This document shows, in pieces, positions 8,434 through 17,459 of a DNA stretch of 64,000 nt; position 1 is the stretch's first letter, and every line of letters begins with the position of its first letter. This DNA is from a virus (Duplodnaviria > Caudoviricetes): IMG/VR virus record IMGVR_UViG_3300033074_001674, positions 32,001 to 96,000 of that record. The stretch is one strand, 5' to 3'. A model generated the notes under the pieces. That model had not been told where the DNA came from and did no database searches. It saw only the letters and a list, made by a program, of their open reading frames with translations. Both the position numbers and the translations under genes were made by a program.

Positions 8434-8678
8434 AAATCACAATGAATGTCTACACAATGACCACAGAAGATATGACTAGAAATGCAAATCAAATTAAAGA
8501 GATTGTGATTTGCTCCCTAGAAAGAGAAGGATTGCTAAATAGACCATCAAAAGAAATATGTGATAATTACATTATTTCACTTGGCAAACCTAGCATTTTT
8601 GGCAATGCAATGAAACTTGTGCTTGGCGGTAAAGATGATTCTCCGCGTTTTATATTTTCAAAGGTAGTCAATAAATGA
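8430..8678 (+). CDS. hypothetical protein
   Basis: GTGA overlap with the upstream gene. Confidence 0.55.
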   Translation: MKITMNVYTMTTEDMTRNANQIKEIVICSLEREGLLNRPSKEICDNYIISLGKPSIFGNAMKLVLGGKDDSPRFIFSKVVNK

Positions 8679-9013
8679 GGGATATCCTAATATCTTTAAT
8701 CCTGTTGATAACAATTGCTACTACAGGATGTCCTCCAACCAGTTTAAATGTGCATGGCACGATTACGAGAATGACCAGAGTGATAAATATTCCAGATGGT
8801 AGTCAATCTGTATTGGTTGAGGTGACATGTAATCAGAATAAGTTTATTGGGAGATTCGACGGCGGAGCGGCTGCTGCAATAAATAGCAGTGGCATTAACA
8901 TAGGAGACGCGGTAATCTTTAGCGCGATAGATAGTAATATTACCAATATGGAGACTGTCTTGTCGGATGACAAATTAATTGTTGTGGAGGGACAAGATTG
9001 GTTCAAAGATTAA
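8675..9013 (+). CDS. putative lipoprotein
   Basis: MRDILISLILLITIATTGC. Confidence 0.6.
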   Translation: MRDILISLILLITIATTGCPPTSLNVHGTITRMTRVINIPDGSQSVLVEVTCNQNKFIGRFDGGAAAAINSSGINIGDAVIFSAIDSNITNMETVLSDDKLIVVEGQDWFKD

Positions 9014-9165
9014 TAAGAAGATTAAAAGAAAAATTATGTCTATTTTTTGGATTGCCTGCGCCACCAGGCAAAATGTCCGGAGGACTATGTGTAGAGCCAT
9101 ATTGTAAATGGCCGTATCATAGTCACGAGTTGTTCAGCAGCAAAAATAAGAATTAGGCAAATATC

Positions 9166-9528
9166 ATGAAAAAATTTCTATTTTTCGTCGCACTAATTTT
9201 AATCGCAGGATGCACTGTTGATAGACAGCATGAATTGCCATGGTACAATGACCGATATTGGTACATCAGAGTATTCGTGCCAGATGGTGGACACATCGAG
9301 GCGGATGTGGCATGTCCTTGTTCTGGAAGTAGAATGGTTGGTTCAGCATACATAGGGATGTATAAAAATAAAAGCATTCGCATCGAGCATTTCAATACTA
9401 GAACAGACATTACTATTTCAGAAATCAGTAAACAAGATGCCCTAAGAATTGTTGAGACTTTTTATCCATACAAAAAAGATATTTATATATACGATTTACA
9501 TCCAATGTTTAATACTGGAAGAAGATAG
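9166..9528 (+). CDS. putative lipoprotein
   Basis: MKKFLFFVALILIAGC lipobox. Confidence 0.65.
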   Translation: MKKFLFFVALILIAGCTVDRQHELPWYNDRYWYIRVFVPDGGHIEADVACPCSGSRMVGSAYIGMYKNKSIRIEHFNTRTDITISEISKQDALRIVETFYPYKKDIYIYDLHPMFNTGRR

Positions 9529-9531
9529 TAA

Positions 9532-10143
9532 ATGAAATCATATACATTTATTATTGATACAAATCAATACGCAGGAAATTTTGAAAGACAAATGTGCGCG
9601 TATATGACAGGCATGATTGGAGATTGTGGGGTTGGAGAAGAATATGCTGAAATGTATAAAAATTGTGGCCTTTCGCCAATGAAAGAACTGTTGACATATA
9701 AATCAGACGAACATGGCACTTATAGGCCCTGCGGGATATTTCCAACTCCTGGGTGGATAAATAATGGATATTCTCACTACAGAATAGATAATTTAGATGA
9801 GGAGAAAGCATTAGCCGAATACAATGAAAATGTAGAAAAAGAAGCAAAGAAAATTGAATCCCAAATATATCAAGGAGAAGATGCCGAGTACAGCAAGAAA
9901 CAAGCTGACCAATATAGGAAGAACTATAAAAGAGATAAATTACAGAAATGGCCAGCATACAATAGCGTGGGAATATATATGGTCGCAAGACCTACAGACA
10001 AAGAAATTGCTCTATTAAAGGAGCGGGCACACGCTTTTACATTGCTAAAAAGCAAACATCCATGGGAAGATTTTTCTAGCATTTCAATAGAAGGCTTTAG
10101 ATTACTTGTCGAAACTACATCAAGCCATTTAGAGGCAATATAA
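9532..10143 (+). CDS. conserved phage hypothetical protein
   Basis: IDTNQYAGNFERQMCAYMTG N-terminal motif. Confidence 0.7.
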   Translation: MKSYTFIIDTNQYAGNFERQMCAYMTGMIGDCGVGEEYAEMYKNCGLSPMKELLTYKSDEHGTYRPCGIFPTPGWINNGYSHYRIDNLDEEKALAEYNENVEKEAKKIESQIYQGEDAEYSKKQADQYRKNYKRDKLQKWPAYNSVGIYMVARPTDKEIALLKERAHAFTLLKSKHPWEDFSSISIEGFRLLVETTSSHLEAI

Positions 10144-10754
10144 TGAAATTGCCGCTAATTGACCAATTTAAGGCGCGCTGGAAGGATTGTAGCGGCTGTC
10201 GTCTTTCCAGAACACGCACTCAGGTTGTTTTCGGAGAAGGCAATCTAAATTCCCCTATTATGCTAGTTGGTGAAGCGCCAGGAGAACAAGAAGATAGAGA
10301 AGGCAAACCATTCTTTTCAGATGCTCCGGCCGGCTCTTATCTGAATAAGATATTAGCCGCACCTGGCGTGGAGATTAAACGAGATGACGTTTATATTACA
10401 AACACATGCCTGTGTCGTCCCTATGAAGGGGCAAAGAACAGGGCGCCACTAGTAGACGAAATCCAAGCATGTCAGGCTAGATTCTTTGAGGAAATTGAAA
10501 TTGTTCAGCCACAAATTTTGGTTTTGTGCGGCAACACGCCTCTGTTTATGGCGACCGGCAAGAAGGGCATTAGCAAATTGCATGGTAAATTGCCATTCGA
10601 GTTTAATACTCCCAACTGGACAGTATTTAATGTATTCGCTACATTCCATCCAGCGGCATTTATTTACGGCTCTCCGGCACAAATTGAATTTAAGAAGTCT
10701 TTAGCATATCAGGATTGGCAAGAAATAGCCCAAGTGTATCATAAGTTGGCGTAA
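10143..10754 (+). CDS. uracil-DNA glycosylase, family 4 (Fe-S)
   Basis: CSGCRL..TRTQVVFGEG, GEAPGEQED, TNTCLCRP, HPA. Confidence 0.92.
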   Translation: MKLPLIDQFKARWKDCSGCRLSRTRTQVVFGEGNLNSPIMLVGEAPGEQEDREGKPFFSDAPAGSYLNKILAAPGVEIKRDDVYITNTCLCRPYEGAKNRAPLVDEIQACQARFFEEIEIVQPQILVLCGNTPLFMATGKKGISKLHGKLPFEFNTPNWTVFNVFATFHPAAFIYGSPAQIEFKKSLAYQDWQEIAQVYHKLA

Positions 10755-10781
10755 GTTATTAAACGCCTAGATAGCAGGAAA

Positions 10782-11462
10782 ATGGGTCGCGACAGACATC
10801 AAAGGCCGCGTCAGAATATTAAGCGTGATATTGTAGTAACCCCAAAAACAGAAGGACAAAGAGAATACTTAGAAGCAATTGAAGAAGATGATTTAATCAT
10901 ATGCAGCGGCCCAGCAGGTACGGGCAAAACGATAGTTGCTATAGGCGCTGCTCTTTTATTAATGAGGAATAATCCACACAAGTACAAGAAGCTTATATTG
11001 GCGCGCCCGTATGTCGTTTTAGATGGAGAAGATATGGGCTTCTTGCCAGGAGATGCCAACGATAAGCTTCGGCCATTTATGATGCCACTTGTTGACAGTA
11101 TGAGTAAATTTGTAGACCAGGGCACAATCCAAACTATGTTCGGACATGGGGTTGTAGAATTCTTGCCAGTTGCCCATATGAGAGGCCGCACGTTTTCTGA
11201 CTGTATAGTCATTTTCGACGAAGCTCAGAACTCAAAAATCTCCCATATGAAAATGTTTCTCACTAGATTGGGAGATAATTGCAAAGCCATTATAGAGGGA
11301 GATGTTAAGCAAAGCGACCTAATTGGCCAAGATGCAGAAGATAATGGTCTTGCCTGGGCCCTATCTCGCCTTGATGGATTAGACGGCGTGAGTATTGTAC
11401 AAATGTTGGACGAAGATATAGTCAGGTCTTCAATAGTAAGAAGAATAATAAGTAGGCTATAA
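10782..11462 (+). CDS. phoH: PhoH-like ATPase
   Basis: GPAGTGKT, GFLPGD, MRGRTF, DEAQN, LTRLG, GDxxQSD, DIVRS. Confidence 0.95.
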   Translation: MGRDRHQRPRQNIKRDIVVTPKTEGQREYLEAIEEDDLIICSGPAGTGKTIVAIGAALLLMRNNPHKYKKLILARPYVVLDGEDMGFLPGDANDKLRPFMMPLVDSMSKFVDQGTIQTMFGHGVVEFLPVAHMRGRTFSDCIVIFDEAQNSKISHMKMFLTRLGDNCKAIIEGDVKQSDLIGQDAEDNGLAWALSRLDGLDGVSIVQMLDEDIVRSSIVRRIISRL

Positions 11463-11887
11463 TGGACAAATATGACACTTGTGTACTGTGCGGACACGTA
11501 AGATGCTGTCACCCAAGATATACTACAGATAAAAATTGTCTTGTGCCACAATGCAAGTGTACTCATGGAGTATACTCGCTTTTGGAATATTTCTGGGACA
11601 TTTATATGCCAGTGCATACAAAACCGCTAACAAAACTAATGCATTTTGCAGGATTAATGTCCACATTACTATATGTAATATTGATTTCTATATATGCTCC
11701 ATTATTCTTATTGCTAGCTACACCATTTGTTGTTTATCCATTTGCTTGGTCGGCTCATTTCTTTGTAGAGAAAAACAAGCCATTAGCGTTTAAAAATCCA
11801 CTATATGCCAAAGCATGCGATATAATGATGTGCGCAGGCATACTAACCGGCTTTATTAAGCTAGATTGTAAAGGACGTGGACGATAA
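11462..11887 (+). CDS. DUF962/Mpo1-like membrane protein
   Basis: H..P..KLMHFAG, YPFAWSAHFFVEKNKPLAFKNP. Confidence 0.75.
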   Translation: MDKYDTCVLCGHVRCCHPRYTTDKNCLVPQCKCTHGVYSLLEYFWDIYMPVHTKPLTKLMHFAGLMSTLLYVILISIYAPLFLLLATPFVVYPFAWSAHFFVEKNKPLAFKNPLYAKACDIMMCAGILTGFIKLDCKGRGR

Positions 11888-12098
11888 CATATATCACATC
11901 AATATAACGACTTATCAGGAATATCAAAGATTCCGTGAGTGGTTATTAAATAGAAATTTCGCAGAGAAGGCGTCTATCTACTTAAACGGTATAACTGTTG
12001 AATTTGCAGACCAATTACAACGCCTAATGTTTATAGCTGGGATGCAAGAGGGATTCCGAATCTCTCGCGAGGAAGGATTCTTCGAAGATGCCACTTAA
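11877..12098 (+). CDS. hypothetical protein
   Basis: ORF overlapping both neighbours. Confidence 0.5.
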   Translation: MDDNIYHINITTYQEYQRFREWLLNRNFAEKASIYLNGITVEFADQLQRLMFIAGMQEGFRISREEGFFEDAT

Positions 12099-12477
12099 AG
12101 GATGGAATCTAAACCTTAAACCAAAAGAAGTCAAGAAAAGGGCGCCGGCATTTTACGGCGTTCTCAAGCCAAAAGCAGATGAACAAACCAATTGGGACAA
12201 TTCAGCAGATAGATGGATAGGCAAGATAGTTTCTGCTAGCCAAGTTTATCCAGACCAAGATTGGCAAGATTGGATGGTTATTTCTCTGTGGGGAGAGCCA
12301 TCAAATTCAGACACAGAGCTATCTGTGATGGATACCTCATTCGTTCACAAGGATTATCTGGTGGAAATTCCACCATGCATATGTGATTCTAAACATTTAG
12401 CTAGTTATGGCTGTACGTGTGGCTGTATGGCTGCCGAAAAAATGTTTCATAAGCTAATAAAACTTGCACAAAAGTAA
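12088..12477 (+). CDS. hypothetical protein with Cys-rich C-terminus
   Basis: CICD...GCTCGC. Confidence 0.55.
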   Translation: MPLKGWNLNLKPKEVKKRAPAFYGVLKPKADEQTNWDNSADRWIGKIVSASQVYPDQDWQDWMVISLWGEPSNSDTELSVMDTSFVHKDYLVEIPPCICDSKHLASYGCTCGCMAAEKMFHKLIKLAQK

Positions 12478-12636
12478 AATACCGATGAACGTAATTATCG
12501 TAATTAACAAAAACACTCTATTAGTAGAGGAGGTTGTCGGTATATTCTTTACAGATTCTAGCGCAAAAGATTGGGCTAAAGACCATTACGATGGCAAGGA
12601 TAATTTATCATATAGCATAGAAAGAATACAACAGCC

Positions 12637-13179
12637 ATGACATGTAAGTCGATTTTAACCAATTTAGGAATGATGTATGCGGTTGGCATTGATGAGGATG
12701 ACCTAATTAAAATAGAGAATGTAAAAGAGGCCGGATGTTTAGTTAGAAGCACGTCAGCATACATGGACCCAGGTGGAATGCTTTATTTAAAATCTCCAAT
12801 AATGACGTTCCAGGTACATGGAGTTAATTTCGAGGTGCGGGCCGACAAGGCAGAGGGGATGCTTAGACTGCTAGATATGGCGCTAGATTTCGGCCCATAC
12901 AAAGCGTTCCCGTGTCATATTGGCTGGATGGTTGTGCCTCCGCACATGATTGATGGAATTAGGGAAGGACTGAAGAAAATCTCCTCAAGCGACGAAGCTT
13001 TGCATGCCCAATTAGACATTGAAGAAATTTTGTCAAATTGCCCATCAATTGTAAGAATGATTCCTACGGAAATAAATATAGAGAATGAAAAGAATTGTCC
13101 AGAATGTGGTGGAGAAATGTTCTCCGCATTAGAATTGATTTGTAATAAATGCTTTGAAAAGCGACAGGGCTCGTCTTAA
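12637..13179 (+). CDS. hypothetical protein with C-terminal Zn ribbon
   Basis: CPECGG...CNKC. Confidence 0.6.
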   Translation: MTCKSILTNLGMMYAVGIDEDDLIKIENVKEAGCLVRSTSAYMDPGGMLYLKSPIMTFQVHGVNFEVRADKAEGMLRLLDMALDFGPYKAFPCHIGWMVVPPHMIDGIREGLKKISSSDEALHAQLDIEEILSNCPSIVRMIPTEINIENEKNCPECGGEMFSALELICNKCFEKRQGSS

Positions 13180-13376
13180 TGGCCTCAAATGCTATTAGAA
13201 TAATAGAGTTAACACAACGTTTAGCAAAAGCCTCTAATGAGGCGGATGAACTTTATATAGCATGGCTTAGCAAGCTAACACAAGTGAAGGAGCATGCAGA
13301 AGAACTTAAATCTTTAATAGATAAGCAATTACGCCTGCCTAATATAACGCTGGAAGGGCTGGAAATAGATGGCTGA
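13179..13376 (+). CDS. small coiled-coil protein
   Basis: Heptad pattern; translational coupling. Confidence 0.55.
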   Translation: MASNAIRIIELTQRLAKASNEADELYIAWLSKLTQVKEHAEELKSLIDKQLRLPNITLEGLEIDG

Positions 13377-13701
13377 TACAATTGACCCATCAGATGAAAT
13401 ACCTGAAAATCAAAAAATTGAACTTATTAAAGCAATTGAAAGAATAGAAGCAATTCTAGATAGATTAGAGCAATGTCCCGCTATTGATGCTAGAGCTAAA
13501 GATATATTAGAAATAGCCCTATCTCTAATGGTTCAGCAAGTAACAGAGAATATAGCGTGGAAACCTCTCGATATTAATTCTCTTACAGAATTAGAAGATG
13601 ATGAGGATGAGGATGTTGATGAAGATATGGATGCGCCTTCTGCAAAAGAACTAAATGACTGGCTAAAGGAGTCGTGGCCAAATGGCGAAAATGACAATTG
13701 A
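13369..13701 (+). CDS. acidic hypothetical protein
   Basis: D/E-rich tract. Confidence 0.6.
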   Translation: MADTIDPSDEIPENQKIELIKAIERIEAILDRLEQCPAIDARAKDILEIALSLMVQQVTENIAWKPLDINSLTELEDDEDEDVDEDMDAPSAKELNDWLKESWPNGENDN

Positions 13702-13814
13702 GATTAACGATGGTGGGGATGTTGATGTAAATGTAGATGGTAAATTTGACCAAATAGCAATTCTAGGTGTTCTTAGACTTATAGAGCATCGCATTTTAAC
13801 TACAGGAGACGCAG

Positions 13815-14042
13815 ATGTCAGCAGCGCCGGACAAAATAGCAATAGCTAGAATGGCCGTATTGAACGTATTGAAGGCCAGAACAAAAATGAAGCCAGAGAG
13901 AATGGCCGAGCTAGCTGACGAGATATTGGGCTCAATCTCTCATTTGATTTCCTTAAATGAATCAAGCGGCAAAAAGCTTGGTGCAGTTGTTATGACGGAA
14001 TCCGCCGCTATAGATAGTCGCATTAAGCCAAGGCAAATCTAA
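13815..14042 (+). CDS. hypothetical protein
   Basis: AGGAG RBS. Confidence 0.55.
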   Translation: MSAAPDKIAIARMAVLNVLKARTKMKPERMAELADEILGSISHLISLNESSGKKLGAVVMTESAAIDSRIKPRQI

Positions 14043-14275
14043 TGGTTAGAACAGAACAAATGGACGCAGGCCTTGCCAATTTCGCAGAAATGATAAGCGC
14101 GAAGGAAAAGGCTGCCACCAGAGCCATAGAAATGGGGCACGCAGAAATAGAGTTGTGCAAAGAGCTTCATATTAAGCTGTCCAATATAATTGCGGGCAGA
14201 TTTGGCATCGACCCATCTAAACAGAAGTTCTCTATATCTTACAAGGACAAACTGATTCAAATTGAGGATATCTAA
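14042..14275 (+). CDS. hypothetical protein
   Basis: TAATG coupling. Confidence 0.55.
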   Translation: MVRTEQMDAGLANFAEMISAKEKAATRAIEMGHAEIELCKELHIKLSNIIAGRFGIDPSKQKFSISYKDKLIQIEDI

Positions 14276-14276
14276 A

Positions 14277-14606
14277 ATGGATAGTTTGATTGAGAAAATT
14301 AATATGTTCCAAAAGAATTGGGGACACAAGAACGACGGCTACTATTTGGCCAAATTAGTAGAGGAGGTCGGAGAGGTAGCAGAAGCATTTATAGCGGATA
14401 TGTACGACAGTAAGTCTAAGCAAAAGAAAATAGAGGGTGCTGGCCAAACTGTAAGAGAGCGCCAAATAGAGGAGTCTGGAGATGTATTGCGAATGCTAAT
14501 CACGATGAACTTAAGAAGAGGAATCTCCTGGGATGAGATAATCGCTGCCTGTGAATCTAAGCTAGACAAATCGATTATTAAGAAACAGTCCGAGAAGCAA
14601 TCTTAG
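14277..14606 (+). CDS. MazG-like NTP pyrophosphohydrolase
   Basis: KLVEEVGEVAEA ... EESGDVL. Confidence 0.8.
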   Translation: MDSLIEKINMFQKNWGHKNDGYYLAKLVEEVGEVAEAFIADMYDSKSKQKKIEGAGQTVRERQIEESGDVLRMLITMNLRRGISWDEIIAACESKLDKSIIKKQSEKQS

Positions 14607-15180
14607 AATACTCCGAATGAGTTATTGGAGCATAGACCTCCTCAAAAGTTAGAGGTCTTCTTTTTGTGTTTAACAGGACATATGTCCCCCACGTCCTTGT
14701 TAGGAACGCATATTTAATGTAGCCAATATATGAGTGGGCAATGTTCCAGTAAAACGCCCCGGCGCACGGATAGATTCTTAGTATTTTTGTGACATCCCAA
14801 CCTCTAACATACGCATCATATTCTAGTGAGAGAATTGCATTTAATGCATCTTCTAATGTTTTGGCTGGGAATTTTTTGCCTTCCAGCCACTCTTGAAATA
14901 CTGTCCATCCATCTATTATAGAGTCTATCTTGGCCATAAACCCTTCCTTCCACTGCAGGAAGTGGCCAAATTCATGTAGAAGAACGACAGATATTTCTCT
15001 CTGGTGCCAACCATCCAGCGCTATACTAATTAGCCCACCCATCTGGGTGGGGTGGAACGTACCAGCGGCTTGGCCGTTATCAATCAAGTGTTTGTTATAA
15101 CACCTTACACGGCAGCCAGATTGTTTTATGTGGGCAATTATTACTTGATTAGTCTTGCCTAGAAAGCTTCTGCCACTCAT
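14578..15180 (-). CDS. putative zinc metallopeptidase
   Basis: LLHEFGH with downstream EYDA. Confidence 0.6.
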   Translation of the reverse strand: MSGRSFLGKTNQVIIAHIKQSGCRVRCYNKHLIDNGQAAGTFHPTQMGGLISIALDGWHQREISVVLLHEFGHFLQWKEGFMAKIDSIIDGWTVFQEWLEGKKFPAKTLEDALNAILSLEYDAYVRGWDVTKILRIYPCAGAFYWNIAHSYIGYIKYAFLTRTWGTYVLLNTKRRPLTFEEVYAPITHSEYSKIASRTVS

Positions 15181-15610
15181 TTACTAATTGCGCTCTCCTT
15201 GTATTCCATAAGGCCCATTCTTTATTGCTATGGTCAGATGCCGCATTAGAAAGAAAATGACAGAATTCATGATATGTGGACCACATTGTCATATCGTGAC
15301 TAGCCACATAAACTGTTCCATCTATATGGACACACCCATATAAGTTAGCTCCAGAACAGTCATATACATAATCATTTATCACGACAATTTCATTTGTAGG
15401 AACTTCTTTAGAATGGTCTCTTTCCCACGAATCTATATAGAACGGAATAGCACTATTAATTGCAGCTATTTCGGCGCATGAGAACGACGATTCTGCACGA
15501 ATCACAACGCCCTTATAAGAGCCTACTGTGCTTAAATAATCTCCATGCGCATATTCGCAACCGCAAAGAGATACTAGAAGAATTAATAAACTATTGATTA
15601 CCAAACGCAT
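15149..15610 (-). CDS. putative lipoprotein with zincin-like HExxH
   Basis: LLVSLCGC lipobox; YHEFCH. Confidence 0.55.
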   Translation of the reverse strand: MRLVINSLLILLVSLCGCEYAHGDYLSTVGSYKGVVIRAESSFSCAEIAAINSAIPFYIDSWERDHSKEVPTNEIVVINDYVYDCSGANLYGCVHIDGTVYVASHDMTMWSTYHEFCHFLSNAASDHSNKEWALWNTRRAQLVNEWQKLSRQD

Positions 15611-16001
15611 TAGGAGCCCTTGTAGTCATTGCTGCCTGCGAATATGACCTTGCTTGCAACTTGCTAACCGGCGTTCTCCTATCCACTTCAATATAGTGGG
15701 CTGTGACAGTAAAACTGCCGGCATTGCCTAATGCGGCACCAACTCCGCTGCCTATTGGGGTTGACATATAGCCAGCGGCAGGCGTGTCCCAAATAAATGT
15801 TCCAGAACCGCCAATCCACATATCTGGAGTTATATTCTCGTCGCCCCTGAATATCTTAATTGAATTTGTATCTGCGTCGTTGTTTGTCGCAAAAAGACCA
15901 ACAAGTCTAAGTTGAAAACCAGATTGCGCGGGGACCACATCAGCAAGAGAAGTGGTTGTAACCGTTGCAGTTGTTGATTTTACGCCGCGCATACTAAACA
16001 T
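15591..16001 (-). CDS. putative virion structural protein
   Basis: G/S/T/A-rich beta protein with AGGAG RBS, in the structural block. Confidence 0.5.
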   Translation of the reverse strand: MFSMRGVKSTTATVTTTSLADVVPAQSGFQLRLVGLFATNNDADTNSIKIFRGDENITPDMWIGGSGTFIWDTPAAGYMSTPIGSGVGAALGNAGSFTVTAHYIEVDRRTPVSKLQARSYSQAAMTTRAPNAFGNQ

Positions 16002-16010
16002 ATATTGCTC

Positions 16011-16027
16011 CTACTAGGTAGATACAC
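16011..16027 (-). promoter_or_regulatory. candidate late-promoter motif GTGTAT-N4-CTAGTAG
   Basis: Intergenic, just upstream of the RBS of 15591..16001; similar motifs at 19151, 21173 and 42473. Confidence 0.4.
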
Positions 16028-16486
16028 TTAGTCGGAAATCCTAATTAAAGATATGCCAGTAAGACATTGGTCAGTTCCTAGAATGTCTGGCAGTGACGAA
16101 TCATTCTGTTGAACATAAAGTTCAACGTACTGTCCATCCCAAATTGGCATAACAGGAGATATAACTGATAATTGTGCCTGAATAGTGTTATTAGGAGTCA
16201 ACTTTCCGCAAGTTGGCCTAATTTCATCAGAAGGACCTTTTCTAATTTGAACTAAAAATCCATTATTAATTACAGACAAAGTTGCATGTGCCTGAACAAT
16301 GTATTTCCCTCCAAAACCAGGAGGAATGGTCAATCTGGATTGACTAATATCTGGGTTAAAAAATCCCCAGGGGTCATCTATAACATCTGTGCCGCTAAAT
16401 GAAACAGCTACTGCATTTGCGTTAGCTGAACCTTGATTCTCCCTTTTTAAAAGCGTTGCAGCAATCCGCTTGTTCCTAATAATCAT
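16028..16486 (-). CDS. C1q/TNF-like domain protein (putative receptor-binding/appendage)
   Basis: VSF...DPWGFF...SRLTIP...GKYIV...GQYVELYVQQN. Confidence 0.6.
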   Translation of the reverse strand: MIIRNKRIAATLLKRENQGSANANAVAVSFSGTDVIDDPWGFFNPDISQSRLTIPPGFGGKYIVQAHATLSVINNGFLVQIRKGPSDEIRPTCGKLTPNNTIQAQLSVISPVMPIWDGQYVELYVQQNDSSLPDILGTDQCLTGISLIRISD

Positions 16487-16956
16487 TAATCGTCCATCCT
16501 GAATATCCCCAAAAATGTTGTTTCTTCATTAAGTTGCTTGGGAATTCCGCCATTTTGATAGACTGTCAAAACAGCATAATCTCCGCCGCTCATTGGAACA
16601 TTTGGTAATGTGGCTATGACAGCATCCTCCATTCCTGTTATTTCGTGTGCAGTCATCATCTCATTGTGTTGAGATTGATATATAATAGTGCCTGAATTGT
16701 TGCAAACTCTAACGACTGAATGCATAACTCCTGCAAGCCCGTTTTGCATACCTATACCTCCACAAATATAGAAATCTCCAACAATTCCCGTAGGAACTGT
16801 AAGCCTTTCTGGATTTGCAGAAGAGTTCCAGAATTGATTGGTATCAAACACAGCATCATCCCAAATAATATCGTAAACATCGTTATGTGAGACACTAACA
16901 GATGTCGCTCTTCTTGCTAATGCGCCTACTCCACTTCTAAACACATGAGTAATCAC
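16486..16956 (-). CDS. C1q/TNF-like domain protein
   Basis: IIWDDAVFDTNQFW..ANPERLTVP..GDFYI..GDYAVLTVYQN. Confidence 0.65.
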   Translation of the reverse strand: MITHVFRSGVGALARRATSVSVSHNDVYDIIWDDAVFDTNQFWNSSANPERLTVPTGIVGDFYICGGIGMQNGLAGVMHSVVRVCNNSGTIIYQSQHNEMMTAHEITGMEDAVIATLPNVPMSGGDYAVLTVYQNGGIPKQLNEETTFLGIFRMDD

Positions 16957-17459
16957 TGAGCTATTTTCCTAACTAAAAAGTGCGTGATTGGCAATGTTGT
17001 ACTGAAAAAATTGGCCCCTCCGGGATAATTTCCTTCTCCAATACATCCGGTTGCGCCAGTCGTGCTGTGCCAAATTGTTGGATAAACTGTATCTCCGGGA
17101 GATAATTTGACTAACGCAAAAACATTCGCGGCCCAAGGGCCGGAGTTGTCGCTGCTAATTCTCATGCAATCAGAGCTTAATATTCTGTAATAATTACCTG
17201 CTGAGTTTGCATGCACCAATTTAACTTCCATTTTATCATCAGATGTAAAAGGCGCACCAAACCCCAACTGTGTGCAAAAATTTATTAGATAGTATCCTTC
17301 TCCATCATCTGGGATTAAACATCCAGTTACAGATGCAGAGTATAGCCCGCCATCATCTCTAATTAGGTCCCTTGACGTATTCCAATGTACAAGCCCAGAT
17401 TGATTAGCGGCAAAGCTTTGCCATTCGTGTTTTTGCATATAAAGACAATGTTTAGCCAT
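16953..17459 (-). CDS. C1q/TNF-like domain protein
   Basis: VHWN..DDGGLY..IPDDGEGYYLI..VKLSPGDTVYPTIWH. Confidence 0.6.
   Translation of the reverse strand: MAKHCLYMQKHEWQSFAANQSGLVHWNTSRDLIRDDGGLYSASVTGCLIPDDGEGYYLINFCTQLGFGAPFTSDDKMEVKLVHANSAGNYYRILSSDCMRISSDNSGPWAANVFALVKLSPGDTVYPTIWHSTTGATGCIGEGNYPGGANFFSTTLPITHFLVRKIAQ

Noticed and set aside
1875-15610. Host assignment from lipobox style or the tmRNA T-loop
   Set aside because: The signals are weak and point in different directions; a host cannot be supported without database searches.
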